A DNA stretch of 59,972 bases, from positions 1-59,972 of IMG/VR virus record IMGVR_UViG_3300043219_000134; one strand, 5' to 3'. Under the pieces are notes generated by a model, which saw nothing but the letters and a program-made list of their open reading frames with translations, was not told the origin of the DNA and did no database searches. Source of the DNA: a virus (lineage: Duplodnaviria; Caudoviricetes). Shown here in pieces: positions 8,648 through 19,432 of this stretch (position 1 is its first letter; each line of letters opens with the position of its first letter). Both the position numbers and the translations under genes were made by a program.

Positions 8648-10604
8648 TATCTTTGATATTATAGTAGATGAAGCACCGGAGGACGTTAGGTCGTCTAATC
8701 TGGCGGTTTTTAATGACGAGGAACAGCAGACGGCGTTCCTTGATTATATTATTGAAGAACAGTCATTAGCCGAAGATGAGCGGCAGATAAGAGAGCAGAA
8801 ATGGAAAACTTTTAGACGACAGTCTAAAGCTTTACCTGAAAATGCAACAAAGAACTTTCCTTGGAAGGGAGCGTCAAATGTAAGCCCTCCTTTAATGATG
8901 TCGATTATTCATACGATAACGAGTAAGTTGGTTGCATCATTTGCGGATAAGAAACCACTTTGGAAAGTTGAGCCGAGAGATGAAGCCTTTAAGGATCATG
9001 CCTCAGCCCTAACTAAGTATATGAACTTATTGGCGATTTCGAGAAATCATTTGAATATTACGGATAAGAAACGATCAGTCTTTTACGACCTAGCTCGTCT
9101 CGGAGATCAGGTGATTCATTTACCGTGGATCTTTAAACAACAGAAATTCCGAGCAGATACAGTAGAGGGTACAGAAGAGGAAGTAGTAAAAGTACTACAA
9201 GATAGTCCCGGTTTTATTCCATTAAGGATTGAAGACTTTTTTATTAGGGGACACTTTACTAATATACAAGATGCACCTTGGGTGAGTAGACGAAATAGAT
9301 TCTATTATCACGAGCTTACACAGAAAGCGGCACAGGGTATATTTCAGAATGTTGACCTATTAACTTTAGAGAGTACAGCACCGACGGACGACAATAAGAT
9401 AGCGGATCAGGCTAACTTAGGTATTCAAATTACAGACAGCAACGTTAAAGAAAGTAGCGTCTTTGATATCTACGAAGCCTATTGCTTCTGGGACATCGAT
9501 GGTGACGGGGTAATGGAAGATATAATCGTAACGTATGAACCAACTACACGGACGATCCTAAGAACTGAGTATAATAAATTAGGTTTAAGACCGTTCGAGA
9601 ATATATCATACATAAAAATGCCACACTCCTTTTATTCATTAGGCGTAGGTGATATTACATCGGGTATGCAACAAGAAGCAGAAACACTTCATAACATGGA
9701 TATAGATGCGAGACATCTAGGAATGATGCAAATGAAAGTAGCTCGAAGGGGGAGCGGATTAGATGAAAATTCGGAGTACTATCCGGGAAAAACTATTATC
9801 GTTGATGACCTTAATGACTTCTCGACGTTTAAATTTGACGACATCTCGGAAGGAGCTTTTAGAGCAGAACAGAGAGCTTCATCTTACGCGAGAGAAGCTT
9901 CTGGCGCCACTGCACAGATGGCAGGTCAGGATGAGTCAGCGGGAAATAGATTGGGAGCGTCTGGAACAATGTTCCTCGCACAACAAGCAAATACTATCCT
10001 TGACTCAGTCAGAGATAACATTTCTGAAGCGTTTAGTAGAATTGGGTTCTTAGTTATTACACAGTTAGTAGCCAACTCAGAACGAGTAGACTATAGTATG
10101 GTTTCTGAATATGAGGCAGGTCTTCTTAAGGAGATCTTTGCACTTGATATTCATACACTACCGACTACGTTTAAGTTGGATGTACGAACTACAGAGATGC
10201 AAGAGACAGAAGATGCTAAACGAGAAGGCTTAATGTCAGTATGGCAAATCTATAGTCAATTTGGTCAGGAGATGATTCAGGTTGCAGGTATGTTAGGCCA
10301 AGGCGGAATGCCAGAAGGTATGACTGATGCGGTTGCATCTTACTATGTCGGAAAAGTTAAGATGATGAAAGAGATGCTAGAGCATTTTCAGATTGATGAC
10401 GTTAATGACTTTGTACCTTATATTAGGAACTTGGAGATGATGTTAGAGAATCTTGATAGACAAAAAGACGATCAATTAGGAGTTGACCCAGATGGAAACC
10501 CAACAGGATCTAATTCTTTTGGCGGACAACCAGCAGGACAAGTGGGACAAGCCGCAGGACAAACAGCTAGCCCAGTTTCTACAGGTAACGCAGGGGCAGT
10601 TTAA
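8631..10604 (+). CDS. Portal protein
   Basis: 657 aa after terL; PWKGASNV, WDIDGDG, FYSLGV motifs seen in P22-like podoviral portals. Confidence 0.85.
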   Translation: MADEDNIFDIIVDEAPEDVRSSNLAVFNDEEQQTAFLDYIIEEQSLAEDERQIREQKWKTFRRQSKALPENATKNFPWKGASNVSPPLMMSIIHTITSKLVASFADKKPLWKVEPRDEAFKDHASALTKYMNLLAISRNHLNITDKKRSVFYDLARLGDQVIHLPWIFKQQKFRADTVEGTEEEVVKVLQDSPGFIPLRIEDFFIRGHFTNIQDAPWVSRRNRFYYHELTQKAAQGIFQNVDLLTLESTAPTDDNKIADQANLGIQITDSNVKESSVFDIYEAYCFWDIDGDGVMEDIIVTYEPTTRTILRTEYNKLGLRPFENISYIKMPHSFYSLGVGDITSGMQQEAETLHNMDIDARHLGMMQMKVARRGSGLDENSEYYPGKTIIVDDLNDFSTFKFDDISEGAFRAEQRASSYAREASGATAQMAGQDESAGNRLGASGTMFLAQQANTILDSVRDNISEAFSRIGFLVITQLVANSERVDYSMVSEYEAGLLKEIFALDIHTLPTTFKLDVRTTEMQETEDAKREGLMSVWQIYSQFGQEMIQVAGMLGQGGMPEGMTDAVASYYVGKVKMMKEMLEHFQIDDVNDFVPYIRNLEMMLENLDRQKDDQLGVDPDGNPTGSNSFGGQPAGQVGQAAGQTASPVSTGNAGAV

Positions 10605-10800
10605 TGACGTTAGGGAGTACTTGTTAGAGTCTCCCCAAACGGTTAAAGTTCTAAAGAGAATTACATCAATATATGATGAGAAACAATTAAATAAACTTAA
10701 AACAAGTAAAGAAAGTATTGATATCTATCGCTCTCAAGGAGCGTTGGATATCCTTAAAAAGATAAATGATATGATAGAAAATATTAAAGGAAATTACTAA
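10483..10800 (+). CDS. Small head-module protein
   Basis: Between portal and scaffold; IYRSQG motif; start uncertain. Confidence 0.55.
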   Translation: MTQMETQQDLILLADNQQDKWDKPQDKQLAQFLQVTQGQFNDVREYLLESPQTVKVLKRITSIYDEKQLNKLKTSKESIDIYRSQGALDILKKINDMIENIKGNY

Positions 10801-11678
10801 TGGAAACACTAACAACAGAAGAAATTATTGTTGATCCAATAATCGACGGGGGAAATCTAGCACCGGATACTCATATTCAGCCAGATCTATTTCAGATTGA
10901 GGACGAGGAAAATACACCGTCGACTGACGACTTGACTGCTCAGATTGCTGCACAAGCTGCCGAACTGGAGAAACTTAAACTAGGATCAGACCTAAGCGCA
11001 GGTATGACTCAAGGATTTGATACTTTGGCTAGACAACTACAGAGTCAGAATGCGCCAAATTACGATCACCTTCCGGGACTTCCGGCAGTTATTAATACAC
11101 CCCAGACGCAGTTTAACTTGCCAGATCGGGAATCTTTTGAGCGAGAGTTCTTAACTAATCCTTATGACTCACTGCAAAAGTTTTTGGCTCCGGTAGTAGG
11201 AAATCAGCAACAAGTTGTGAATACTCAAATGGCCGAGATGAATAAGATGATCTCAAAGAATAATACTTATATGAACGATACTAACAAGGATATACTGAAT
11301 AAGTATGGAGATGAAGTTGGGGTTTATGCAAGTCGACTACAGGGTAATGATCCTTGGGGAGAAGCAGTTAAGCAAGTTAGATCTAATCACTTTGCGGATA
11401 TAATGGCGGATCAGACTAAATCTATTGAAGAAAAGATGTACGAAAAAGCTAAGGCAGACTTACTAGCAGAAAGTACAGCAGCAGATTCAACTCTAGCCTC
11501 CCCCGTCGGAAGTACTAATTTAGGACAGGCAACTATACCTACTGTTAAGAAGGTAAGTATAACTAAGACACAGATGGATAAGGTGAAAAAATTAACCGCG
11601 TTGAAGTTTGGTCCGGATTCAGGTTCTGAAACAGAGCTTATGATGTATAACTACTTGAAAGAAAGAAACGAGATTTAG
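10800..11678 (+). CDS. Putative scaffolding protein
   Basis: Acidic N-terminus, helical, between portal and capsid. Confidence 0.6.
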   Translation: METLTTEEIIVDPIIDGGNLAPDTHIQPDLFQIEDEENTPSTDDLTAQIAAQAAELEKLKLGSDLSAGMTQGFDTLARQLQSQNAPNYDHLPGLPAVINTPQTQFNLPDRESFEREFLTNPYDSLQKFLAPVVGNQQQVVNTQMAEMNKMISKNNTYMNDTNKDILNKYGDEVGVYASRLQGNDPWGEAVKQVRSNHFADIMADQTKSIEEKMYEKAKADLLAESTAADSTLASPVGSTNLGQATIPTVKKVSITKTQMDKVKKLTALKFGPDSGSETELMMYNYLKERNEI

Positions 11679-11688
11679 GAGAAATAAG

Positions 11689-11967
11689 ATGAAACAATAT
11701 ATTGGAATTAAAAAGATAAATGCAAAACCAATGAATAGACTAGACTATAATGTTTTTAGAGGTTGGGAATTACCTGCTGATGAAGATGGAACTGATGAAG
11801 GCTATTTAGTAGAATATATAAATGGTGGTAAAGCAAATACAGATTCTTATGGTGGTTATGTATCATGGAGTCCTAAAGATGTTTTTGAGAACGCTTATTA
11901 TGGTTTGAGTTTCATAAACTCATTTAATGTAATTGAAAAAATAACAGAACTATTCGGAGAGAAATAA
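11689..11967 (+). CDS. Conserved small phage protein (YIGxK...SWSPKDVFE family)
   Basis: Recognisable widespread phage motif; AGGAG SD. Confidence 0.75.
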   Translation: MKQYIGIKKINAKPMNRLDYNVFRGWELPADEDGTDEGYLVEYINGGKANTDSYGGYVSWSPKDVFENAYYGLSFINSFNVIEKITELFGEK

Positions 11968-12587
11968 TGGCAGATAAGAAAATAATTATAGGTAGAAAAT
12001 ACATTGACCTTGACACAAGCTATGAAAATGTGTTAGAATGGGCTGAGGAAGGTCATACGATGGTCTTTCTTAGTAAACCCGAGCTTTTTATGGAATTAAC
12101 CCCTGAACAGGTTAAGGCGCTTCCTCAGAGAGTGAAGACGTCCTATCGATTAGCATTGGCTGATTTTAAGACACAGACTAAGTCTTTTACTGACCCTGAA
12201 CTAGAGTTCTTGAGCGCTTCTGTAGAATACGGAAGTCCTACGGAACAACTTAATGTGGATCAGACTGGGGTGAAAGGTAAAAAGATTAAGTGGGTTAGAC
12301 CTGAACAGATCAAAGATTATGGTCGAAGAGGTTGGAGCGTAGTTAAGACCGATATGGATTCTCAGAGAGGATTACGTGACGGTAACTATCATATGGTAGG
12401 AAAGAAAGAGTTGATACTGTTGGAGATTCCTATTAAGAGATACAACGAAAATGCAGCGAAGCGTAATGAACGTGGAGCACAAATGTTAGAAGCAAATGCG
12501 GAAGAAATGAAACGATCAGCTAGAGAAATGAATGCGATTGGATCATTTGAAACTTCGGAAGAAGATATCAACATTCCGTTAGATTAA
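11967..12587 (+). CDS. Head-module hypothetical protein
   Basis: 206 aa; KWVR..GW.VV..LILLEIP pattern; position before capsid genes. Confidence 0.7.
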   Translation: MADKKIIIGRKYIDLDTSYENVLEWAEEGHTMVFLSKPELFMELTPEQVKALPQRVKTSYRLALADFKTQTKSFTDPELEFLSASVEYGSPTEQLNVDQTGVKGKKIKWVRPEQIKDYGRRGWSVVKTDMDSQRGLRDGNYHMVGKKELILLEIPIKRYNENAAKRNERGAQMLEANAEEMKRSAREMNAIGSFETSEEDINIPLD

Positions 12588-12603
12588 TTAATATAAATAA
12601 AGC

Positions 12604-12627
12604 AGCTCTCCTCGGAGGGCTATTCTT
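12604..12627 (+). terminator. Intergenic hairpin / weak terminator
   Basis: AGCTCTC-CTCG-GAGGGCT followed by ATTCTT. Confidence 0.4.
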
Positions 12628-12648
12628 GTTAATACTAAGGAGAATTAA

Positions 12649-13125
12649 ATGACTGGAACATTTCAGATCAAAAAACAAAACGACGGGGGAGTACAGGAGC
12701 TTAGAGAATACAACACTAAAGATGTTCTATTAGTAGGCGATCCGGTAGCCCTTGACACAGATGGAACTGTTATAGCATACGGTACAGGCGATGAAATTTT
12801 AGGAGTTAATGACTCTCAAATGGCTGCACCAGAGTTCTATAGCCAAACAGATTTAGACGATATTGCGACTACTGCTGTTAAAGTTCTTATTAGCCCTATT
12901 AAAGAGGGAGAGTCAGAGGTAGAGGTTGTACCTTCAGTAGCAATTACTGCAGTAGCAACTATTGAAGCAGTAATAGGTCATAAATTAGACTTTGTTGCAA
13001 ACGAACTAGTTTTGGGTACACCCGGAACAGATGCTCAAGTAGTAGACTATATGGTTTACACTGCAAAAGATGGTACATTAACTATCAATCCGATTGTTAT
13101 ATTCCTAGATGCAGTATTCGGATAA
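12649..13125 (+). CDS. Putative capsid decoration/cement protein
   Basis: 158 aa, VGDPVAL..G motif, immediately before the major capsid gene. Confidence 0.6.
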   Translation: MTGTFQIKKQNDGGVQELREYNTKDVLLVGDPVALDTDGTVIAYGTGDEILGVNDSQMAAPEFYSQTDLDDIATTAVKVLISPIKEGESEVEVVPSVAITAVATIEAVIGHKLDFVANELVLGTPGTDAQVVDYMVYTAKDGTLTINPIVIFLDAVFG

Positions 13126-13144
13126 GATAAGGAGAAATTAGAAT

Positions 13145-14104
13145 ATGTCAATGCAAATGACTTCAAGAAGTATGAAGAACCAATATTCAAAAGAGATTGA
13201 TAAGATTTGGTTTGAAGAATACATGGGACAACCATCAGAGTGGGACAAAGTCGCACATGTTGGAAACTTCCCTCAAGGAAATAGACTTACAGAATCTGAC
13301 ATGACTGGCTTTGGTTTACTAAAAGCTATGAATGAAGGTGGAACTGTAACTTACGATGTACCTGCTGAAAGAGACGGGATTACTAGACGGCTACAAAAAG
13401 CTGGTCTTGGTTTTCAAGTTACTATGGAAGCATGGAAAGATTCTCTACATGGAGATATCAGAAAAATGCCAGCAGCTCTTGCTAAGGCAGCGAACCACTA
13501 TAAGGAACTCGTATTCTGGGATAACTTCAATCGTGGACACGACTATCACAAGTCAATGGAAGGCGGATTCGTATTCGGTGACCATGACCTAATTAAACCT
13601 TTAAGAGGTGTTACTTCAGTTAGTAATATTGCAGGAACTCCTGCGGTACTTTCTGAGACATCTTTAGCAGCAGCTCAAGATCACTACTATGATCTAATTG
13701 ATGAAACTGGTATGCCAGCGAATGCATTTTATAAAGGTAATAAACTAATTATATCACCTAAGAACAGACACGTATTAAATAGACTTCAAACTACTGAGTT
13801 TGGTTCTACACTTGCTTCTGCTGCTAATGCAGGGTTACAAGATACAACTGGTCAGGTTCTTAAGAATACAGTTGCTTCTGGAGCCTACATGGGTTCTTAC
13901 GAAGGAATGGTTTCTAACTGGTTGACTGACGAGGACTCTTGGTTCTTAATCGATGCCAAAAATCATGACATGAGATGGTTATGGAAAGAAACTGCATCTC
14001 TTAGAAACAGTGATGACTTTGATACTGACTCAACTCGGTACAAAACAACAATGAGATTTTCTACATTTACTAATAAATGGAGAGGACTATACAAAGGAAA
14101 CTAA
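13145..14104 (+). CDS. Major capsid protein (HK97 fold)
   Basis: 319 aa; EGG.V.YD, LSETSL, LIISP, WLTD..SWFL, DFDT motifs. Confidence 0.85.
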   Translation: MSMQMTSRSMKNQYSKEIDKIWFEEYMGQPSEWDKVAHVGNFPQGNRLTESDMTGFGLLKAMNEGGTVTYDVPAERDGITRRLQKAGLGFQVTMEAWKDSLHGDIRKMPAALAKAANHYKELVFWDNFNRGHDYHKSMEGGFVFGDHDLIKPLRGVTSVSNIAGTPAVLSETSLAAAQDHYYDLIDETGMPANAFYKGNKLIISPKNRHVLNRLQTTEFGSTLASAANAGLQDTTGQVLKNTVASGAYMGSYEGMVSNWLTDEDSWFLIDAKNHDMRWLWKETASLRNSDDFDTDSTRYKTTMRFSTFTNKWRGLYKGN

Positions 14105-14105
14105 A

Positions 14106-14498
14106 ATGAACTTTGATCCAACGTTAATTTACGACGTGGATAATAATACCGAAGGGAATACTATCTATATGCCAGAGTACCAAGCAGTGTCTATCGCTGC
14201 TCCCGGTGCTACAGAACCGGCTGAGGCAGTATTCCCTTTTTTTGATCCTGAAACTGAAACGCCACAACTTGCCTTCGGCTGGAGATACCCAGTTGGTACA
14301 AAAGGTGGCTACTCTGGACAAGATTGGCGAGAATGTGCCTGTTGCAACAGAGATTACGGGTCTGATAGCTATCAGATCATTAATGGATTAGCGTATTGTA
14401 TACCACATGGCTGTTTACAGCAGAAACTGGCACAACTAGAAGAAGGTGGACCTCTATTCGAGGATTCAACTATTCCAGACGATGCCATAAATTTATAA
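14106..14498 (+). CDS. Hypothetical protein with Cys cluster
   Basis: CACC...CIPHGC; follows capsid gene. Confidence 0.65.
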   Translation: MNFDPTLIYDVDNNTEGNTIYMPEYQAVSIAAPGATEPAEAVFPFFDPETETPQLAFGWRYPVGTKGGYSGQDWRECACCNRDYGSDSYQIINGLAYCIPHGCLQQKLAQLEEGGPLFEDSTIPDDAINL

Positions 14499-14510
14499 TA
14501 GGAGTTAAAA

Positions 14511-15500
14511 ATGACTTTAGATGAAGGCGTTTTAACATTATACGAAACATTGGGAGAACCAACTGATTTCAGACCAACTGGGGCTGACTGGGAGACTTTA
14601 GATAATACAAGTAAGGGCTACTCTCGCTGTACTAAACTACTAAATAGTGGTCAGACAGCTTGTGCCAACTTTAAGTCTGGTCGAGGAAATCAAGTAAGGT
14701 TTAGCAACCTAATAGCAACAACTAATGTTACAATAAAAGAGATAAATACTACCTTCGGGATAGATAATAATGATGACTATAGGATATATATTAATAAGGC
14801 GGACTTACCAAATCCGGGTATTACTGAAACTAATACTTCGGGTAGATTTGAGGACTCCTTTTTAACTATTGACGAGATAGTCTATAACGTAGACTGGGAC
14901 GAATATGATTCAGTCTTAGATAGATGGTACATAGTACTTACTGTACCTAGAGATACAGATAGTTTAGTACGAGACGTAAAGATTAGTAAGAACTCATTTA
15001 TGTTTTTACCTACGACTCATCCTTGGGTTGGTGAAAACTTTAGGGCACCTAGTGTACTCTCATATGGAGTAGCTAAGGGTAACTTAACTTATGTACTAAA
15101 AATAAATAATATCAGTGATGAAGAAGAATTAGTTCGCTCCACTATTGGAGAAGACTTTCTATTTACGAGCACTGAGTTTGAGACACCTACAAGTTATATA
15201 CTTTTAGGTAAAACAATAAAGTTTGATACAATACCAGATGATGGGACAAGATTTGCTATAGATTACTATAGAACACCAAGTCGAATTTCAGACGGAGGAG
15301 AGAACTTCGAGATACCTGAACAATTTCACTATGGAATTATAATGTGGGCAACTTGGCAAGGCTTACTCTCGTTGCATGAACTTGAGACGAGTAACTTCTT
15401 TAAGTCGAATTGGTATAACTTTATGCAATCAACTAAGAATGACAACGATTACAAATGGGAACGAACCGATGAAGGTTCCGGCTCAATAAGGAGTAAATAA
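14511..15500 (+). CDS. Putative head-tail adaptor / tail tubular protein A
   Basis: C-terminal PD...YY..P...IPEQFH motif; synteny. Confidence 0.65.
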   Translation: MTLDEGVLTLYETLGEPTDFRPTGADWETLDNTSKGYSRCTKLLNSGQTACANFKSGRGNQVRFSNLIATTNVTIKEINTTFGIDNNDDYRIYINKADLPNPGITETNTSGRFEDSFLTIDEIVYNVDWDEYDSVLDRWYIVLTVPRDTDSLVRDVKISKNSFMFLPTTHPWVGENFRAPSVLSYGVAKGNLTYVLKINNISDEEELVRSTIGEDFLFTSTEFETPTSYILLGKTIKFDTIPDDGTRFAIDYYRTPSRISDGGENFEIPEQFHYGIIMWATWQGLLSLHELETSNFFKSNWYNFMQSTKNDNDYKWERTDEGSGSIRSK

Positions 15501-16261
15501 TGTCAACATGGAATAACGTATACAAACAGAATCCTCCTGATGATAACAATCCCGGTTATGGGGCAGCTTCCATTCGGGATCTAAAAACAAATATAGAAGG
15601 TTTACTAGTAGCGGAGCACAAGTTTCCTTTAACTACAAATCTTGCTACTCAGGGTCAGCATAAAGCTGGATCTGCAATAGTGGATTTACCTGACGCAACA
15701 ATAGATGACCGAGTTGATAATAACCAGATTGGTCGTTTAAGAGGTTATACTGACGGAGATGATAAAACAACTCTACAGGTACTTAATGGTGACCTAAGTT
15801 ATGTAAACATTTTCGGTATAAATCAAGTATCTAACGTTGGTAATGAAACTATATCTGGAGTAAAGACTTTTAATTCTGCACCTCTAGTTACACAAGTTGT
15901 AGACGACGGATCAGATGATGATACAATAGCTAATGTAGGGTATGTAAAAACTAAAACATCAACTACATCTATTGAACCGACGGTAGATAATGTCGGACCA
16001 GATAATTTAATAGAACTTAAAACTTTTGATGACGAGTTAATAAATACAATGCCGATTCAGGCTGTTGACTCTGGGAACTTAGAAGAGTTTTTACTTTCTG
16101 TTAAGACAGAACTATTTAATGTACGATCGGCTTTACTAGATGTAGCTCCGATGAGTCCTTATGGACAAGATCTTAGTGATGATGGTAGTCCAACTTTTGC
16201 AGGAGTAACTGTAAATGGTACACTAAGTGCTACTAGAGTAGAAGGCGCTGTTTGGGGGTAG
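15500..16261 (+). CDS. Tail fibre-associated structural protein
   Basis: GAASIRDLK anchor-like N-terminus, ETISGVKTF and SPTFAGVT fibre motifs. Confidence 0.6.
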   Translation: MSTWNNVYKQNPPDDNNPGYGAASIRDLKTNIEGLLVAEHKFPLTTNLATQGQHKAGSAIVDLPDATIDDRVDNNQIGRLRGYTDGDDKTTLQVLNGDLSYVNIFGINQVSNVGNETISGVKTFNSAPLVTQVVDDGSDDDTIANVGYVKTKTSTTSIEPTVDNVGPDNLIELKTFDDELINTMPIQAVDSGNLEEFLLSVKTELFNVRSALLDVAPMSPYGQDLSDDGSPTFAGVTVNGTLSATRVEGAVWG

Positions 16262-16264
16262 GAT

Positions 16265-16783
16265 ATGGCGATAAAGAAAGACGATTTAATATTAGCCTCA
16301 GACGTTGTAGAACTTCAAGTAAGCACAGATAGTTTTGATAACTATGTGCCCAGAGCACCGGGTGGTAATGAGGAGACTCAGACACATTATATTACAATTG
16401 GTCCTAGTCAAAAGGCTACAATAAAGTTTAAAACAGATAATTTGGATGGTAGCGGGAATTCAATACAGATTTATTCAAAAAGACAGAATGAAGAAACTTA
16501 CACTCTATTAGGTGATTTTTCCTTTTCAACTTTTACAACAACTGTACACTACATAGATTTGTTACATGAATTCCTTGAGTTCAAACTAGTTGTTACTACT
16601 AGTGCAGGGCTTTTTGTAGATAATAATACTTATGTAGATTTTATACGAAGTGTCCTTCCAGACATAGCGTTAGCCAATGAACCTATTAGAGTTCTAAATG
16701 GAACATACTCAGAGTGGCTACCTAGATTTATAACTCAGATTACAGTAGCCCTATATAATACAGGGAGGGTAGGTTATGAGTAA
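16265..16783 (+). CDS. Putative structural protein
   Basis: 172-aa ORF in tail module. Confidence 0.6.
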   Translation: MAIKKDDLILASDVVELQVSTDSFDNYVPRAPGGNEETQTHYITIGPSQKATIKFKTDNLDGSGNSIQIYSKRQNEETYTLLGDFSFSTFTTTVHYIDLLHEFLEFKLVVTTSAGLFVDNNTYVDFIRSVLPDIALANEPIRVLNGTYSEWLPRFITQITVALYNTGRVGYE

Positions 16784-19031
16784 CGATAAAACAACTGGAG
16801 TTGCATTAACCCAGCAGGGAAGATCGGCAGGTATCGGAGTTGAAAGACAAGATGCCGCCTTATTCCCTTTTGAGGCGTTTAGCTTTGACAACCCAAATGA
16901 AGTAGTCTCCCCCGTCCTGAGTTTAAGTGAACCTTGGGTTCTAGATGTAGGCGAGATTAGTACTAGTCAAATAACAAACTTTGGTGATGATGTAAGAACT
17001 GAGGCAGAGACTGAATTTCTTCAAGAGCAGATTGATGCTATAGAAGTTCTAGTTGACGACGGTTATACAAGTTGGTTCTATGAGGGTGTTCCTACACTTT
17101 TTAATGAGCCAGCAGTTAACTGGACAGATGATCCTACTAAGGATACTCATATAGGTGATACCTACTATGATATGCTTAATGGAAAAACATATAAGTTTGT
17201 GGAGGATACTGGAGTTTACGCTTGGGTTGAATTTGTTGATGCAGGTGTTACAGCAGCTTTACAAGCAGCATCCGAAGCACAAGATACAGCTGATGGAAAA
17301 AGGCGAGTATTCACTATTGAACCTAATGTTCCTTACGATATAGGAGACTTATGGTCTAGAGATGATGGTTCAGGACAAGCAGTATGGGTTGCTATAGTAT
17401 CTAAAACTGATGCGCAATTTTACGATTTAGCGGACTGGTCTGAGACTACCGATGCAACAAATGATGAAGCTTTAAATACTTTTGTATCAGATACCTATGA
17501 AGTATTTGTTGAATCAGTTGAAGAAGCTTTTAAAGAGACTCTTAATGGACGAGACTTCTTAAGTTATCATCTAGAGAAGATAGCTAAGGATCTACAGAAT
17601 ACAGATGCAGATCATGAGTTTAGTATGAGTCAAATTACAGTTGGTCAAGGTCAATTAGATATTAGAGTTGGCGCTGTTCCAGAAGGTTTTCAGAGTGTAA
17701 GTGAAGCTTGGATTTTTTTAGATGCTACTGTTGGAGATACTTCGGTATTAATAGGTACAGTATCAGAAGGGCTTGTTACTTTAAATGATTCTGTTTATGA
17801 TCCTACTGAAGGATTAGAGGCAACAGCTTCAGCTGTGACTACTTTAGAATCAACAGTAAATGATCCTCTAGGTGGTGTAGTAGCTAATGCTAGTCAAATA
17901 ACAGATATAAATACAACTTTGGATGATCCTATCACAGGTTACAGTGCCTTATCTTCAGCAGTTTCATCTTTAGATACAACAGTATATGATCCAATTGGTG
18001 GTGTGGTGGCTTCGGCTTCAGCTATAACTACAATTGAAACAACTGTTTATGATCCTATAGAAGGTACTGAGGCTACATACGAAGCTTATAGTATTTTAAA
18101 TACTCAGGTTCAAGATCCTGTTACAGGACTTGGAGAGGCACATGTTCAAATAGGTGTCAATGGCACCACAATAGATGGACATAATTCAGCCTTTATTAAT
18201 TTAGGGATAGATCCTGAAGGATCTTCTGTAGATATAGAAGCAGATAAGATTACTTTAGGTAGTTCAGCTAATTTAGATGATGTCTTAATAGATACTGGAA
18301 CAGAGGTTCAAATTTTAGGTACGCTTAAAGTTGGTACTAAGACGGATAATGGTAACTTTAAAGTTAAATCTGATGGTTCTGTAAAATGTACAGACATAGA
18401 AGCTATTGGTGGAACTTTTTCAGGTAATATCATAGCTTCAGGGACAATAACTGGTGGGACAATAAGTGGTGCTACTATAAGTGGTGGTTCTGTTAATGGG
18501 GCAGCTATTAATGCTTCTTACGTAACTGCTGGTGATATATATGCTGAAAAGGTAGTAGTAAATGATAGGGCAGATATACGTTTATCTTCCAGTAATGTAA
18601 GTTTAACTTGGGGTGTGACTCTTTTTGCACAACCTAGAGTAATTCAAGCAACAGTTCTACTAGGTAGTGGCGATAGCATACGTACAACTACATCATATTT
18701 ATCAGATAATCATATAGAAGCTGGGTCATATATAGAAGCTGGGTCATACATATCAGCGTCGAAAGGACATAGACTAATATCAAAAGGGCTAGGTACTAAT
18801 CCTTCTAATGGTGATATATTCGATGCTATTAATACTATTTGTGATGGGAGTGTCGCTGTTAAAGTAGCTGCATGGTTTGATAATGATGACGGTGGAGTAT
18901 ACGCAGGCATCGTTTCGTTAGATGTAGCAGGTCCTATTGGTGTTGCAAGATTTACGAGCACACTTGGTTTTAGTACATTTGGGCGTAATGATCCAAGCAC
19001 ATTGAGTGACTGGCGTGAATTGTACGCTTAG
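16776..19031 (+). CDS. Tail fibre / host-specificity protein
   Basis: 751 aa; AQDTADGKRRVF..P..PYDIGDLW motif, 21-aa DPxxG repeats, GGTISG repeats. Confidence 0.75.
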   Translation: MSNDKTTGVALTQQGRSAGIGVERQDAALFPFEAFSFDNPNEVVSPVLSLSEPWVLDVGEISTSQITNFGDDVRTEAETEFLQEQIDAIEVLVDDGYTSWFYEGVPTLFNEPAVNWTDDPTKDTHIGDTYYDMLNGKTYKFVEDTGVYAWVEFVDAGVTAALQAASEAQDTADGKRRVFTIEPNVPYDIGDLWSRDDGSGQAVWVAIVSKTDAQFYDLADWSETTDATNDEALNTFVSDTYEVFVESVEEAFKETLNGRDFLSYHLEKIAKDLQNTDADHEFSMSQITVGQGQLDIRVGAVPEGFQSVSEAWIFLDATVGDTSVLIGTVSEGLVTLNDSVYDPTEGLEATASAVTTLESTVNDPLGGVVANASQITDINTTLDDPITGYSALSSAVSSLDTTVYDPIGGVVASASAITTIETTVYDPIEGTEATYEAYSILNTQVQDPVTGLGEAHVQIGVNGTTIDGHNSAFINLGIDPEGSSVDIEADKITLGSSANLDDVLIDTGTEVQILGTLKVGTKTDNGNFKVKSDGSVKCTDIEAIGGTFSGNIIASGTITGGTISGATISGGSVNGAAINASYVTAGDIYAEKVVVNDRADIRLSSSNVSLTWGVTLFAQPRVIQATVLLGSGDSIRTTTSYLSDNHIEAGSYIEAGSYISASKGHRLISKGLGTNPSNGDIFDAINTICDGSVAVKVAAWFDNDDGGVYAGIVSLDVAGPIGVARFTSTLGFSTFGRNDPSTLSDWRELYA

Positions 19032-19051
19032 TTAATAATTAAGGAGAAAAT

Positions 19052-19432
19052 ATGTATAATACAATGAAACCGTTATTTGCGTCTAATAGAGGCTTTTACT
19101 CGGATACAACACTCGGTACAACACTTGTAGGAGACCCTACAGTATTTCCCGACAATATATCGTTCATAACTTGGACGATCTTTATTCCTAATGGAATTAA
19201 GGCAAAACTTCAGGCGTCAACTTTTAGCCCGGACAAACTGACTACTCCAATCGACAATCTCGATGAGTACTGGGTTGACTGGGACTTAGAAGGAACACCG
19301 ATTCAAGATGGCAACGGATTCGTATCTGGCCCAATTACGGTTCAGGGAAACCTGCCCGTAGTCTCAGGTCTTCGTATAGTTCGTGAAACTGGCTCGGCTA
19401 CTCTAGTACATCTAGGGTTAAGGGGGCAGTAA
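19052..19432 (+). CDS. Putative structural protein
   Basis: 126-aa ORF with AAGGAG SD. Confidence 0.65.
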   Translation: MYNTMKPLFASNRGFYSDTTLGTTLVGDPTVFPDNISFITWTIFIPNGIKAKLQASTFSPDKLTTPIDNLDEYWVDWDLEGTPIQDGNGFVSGPITVQGNLPVVSGLRIVRETGSATLVHLGLRGQ

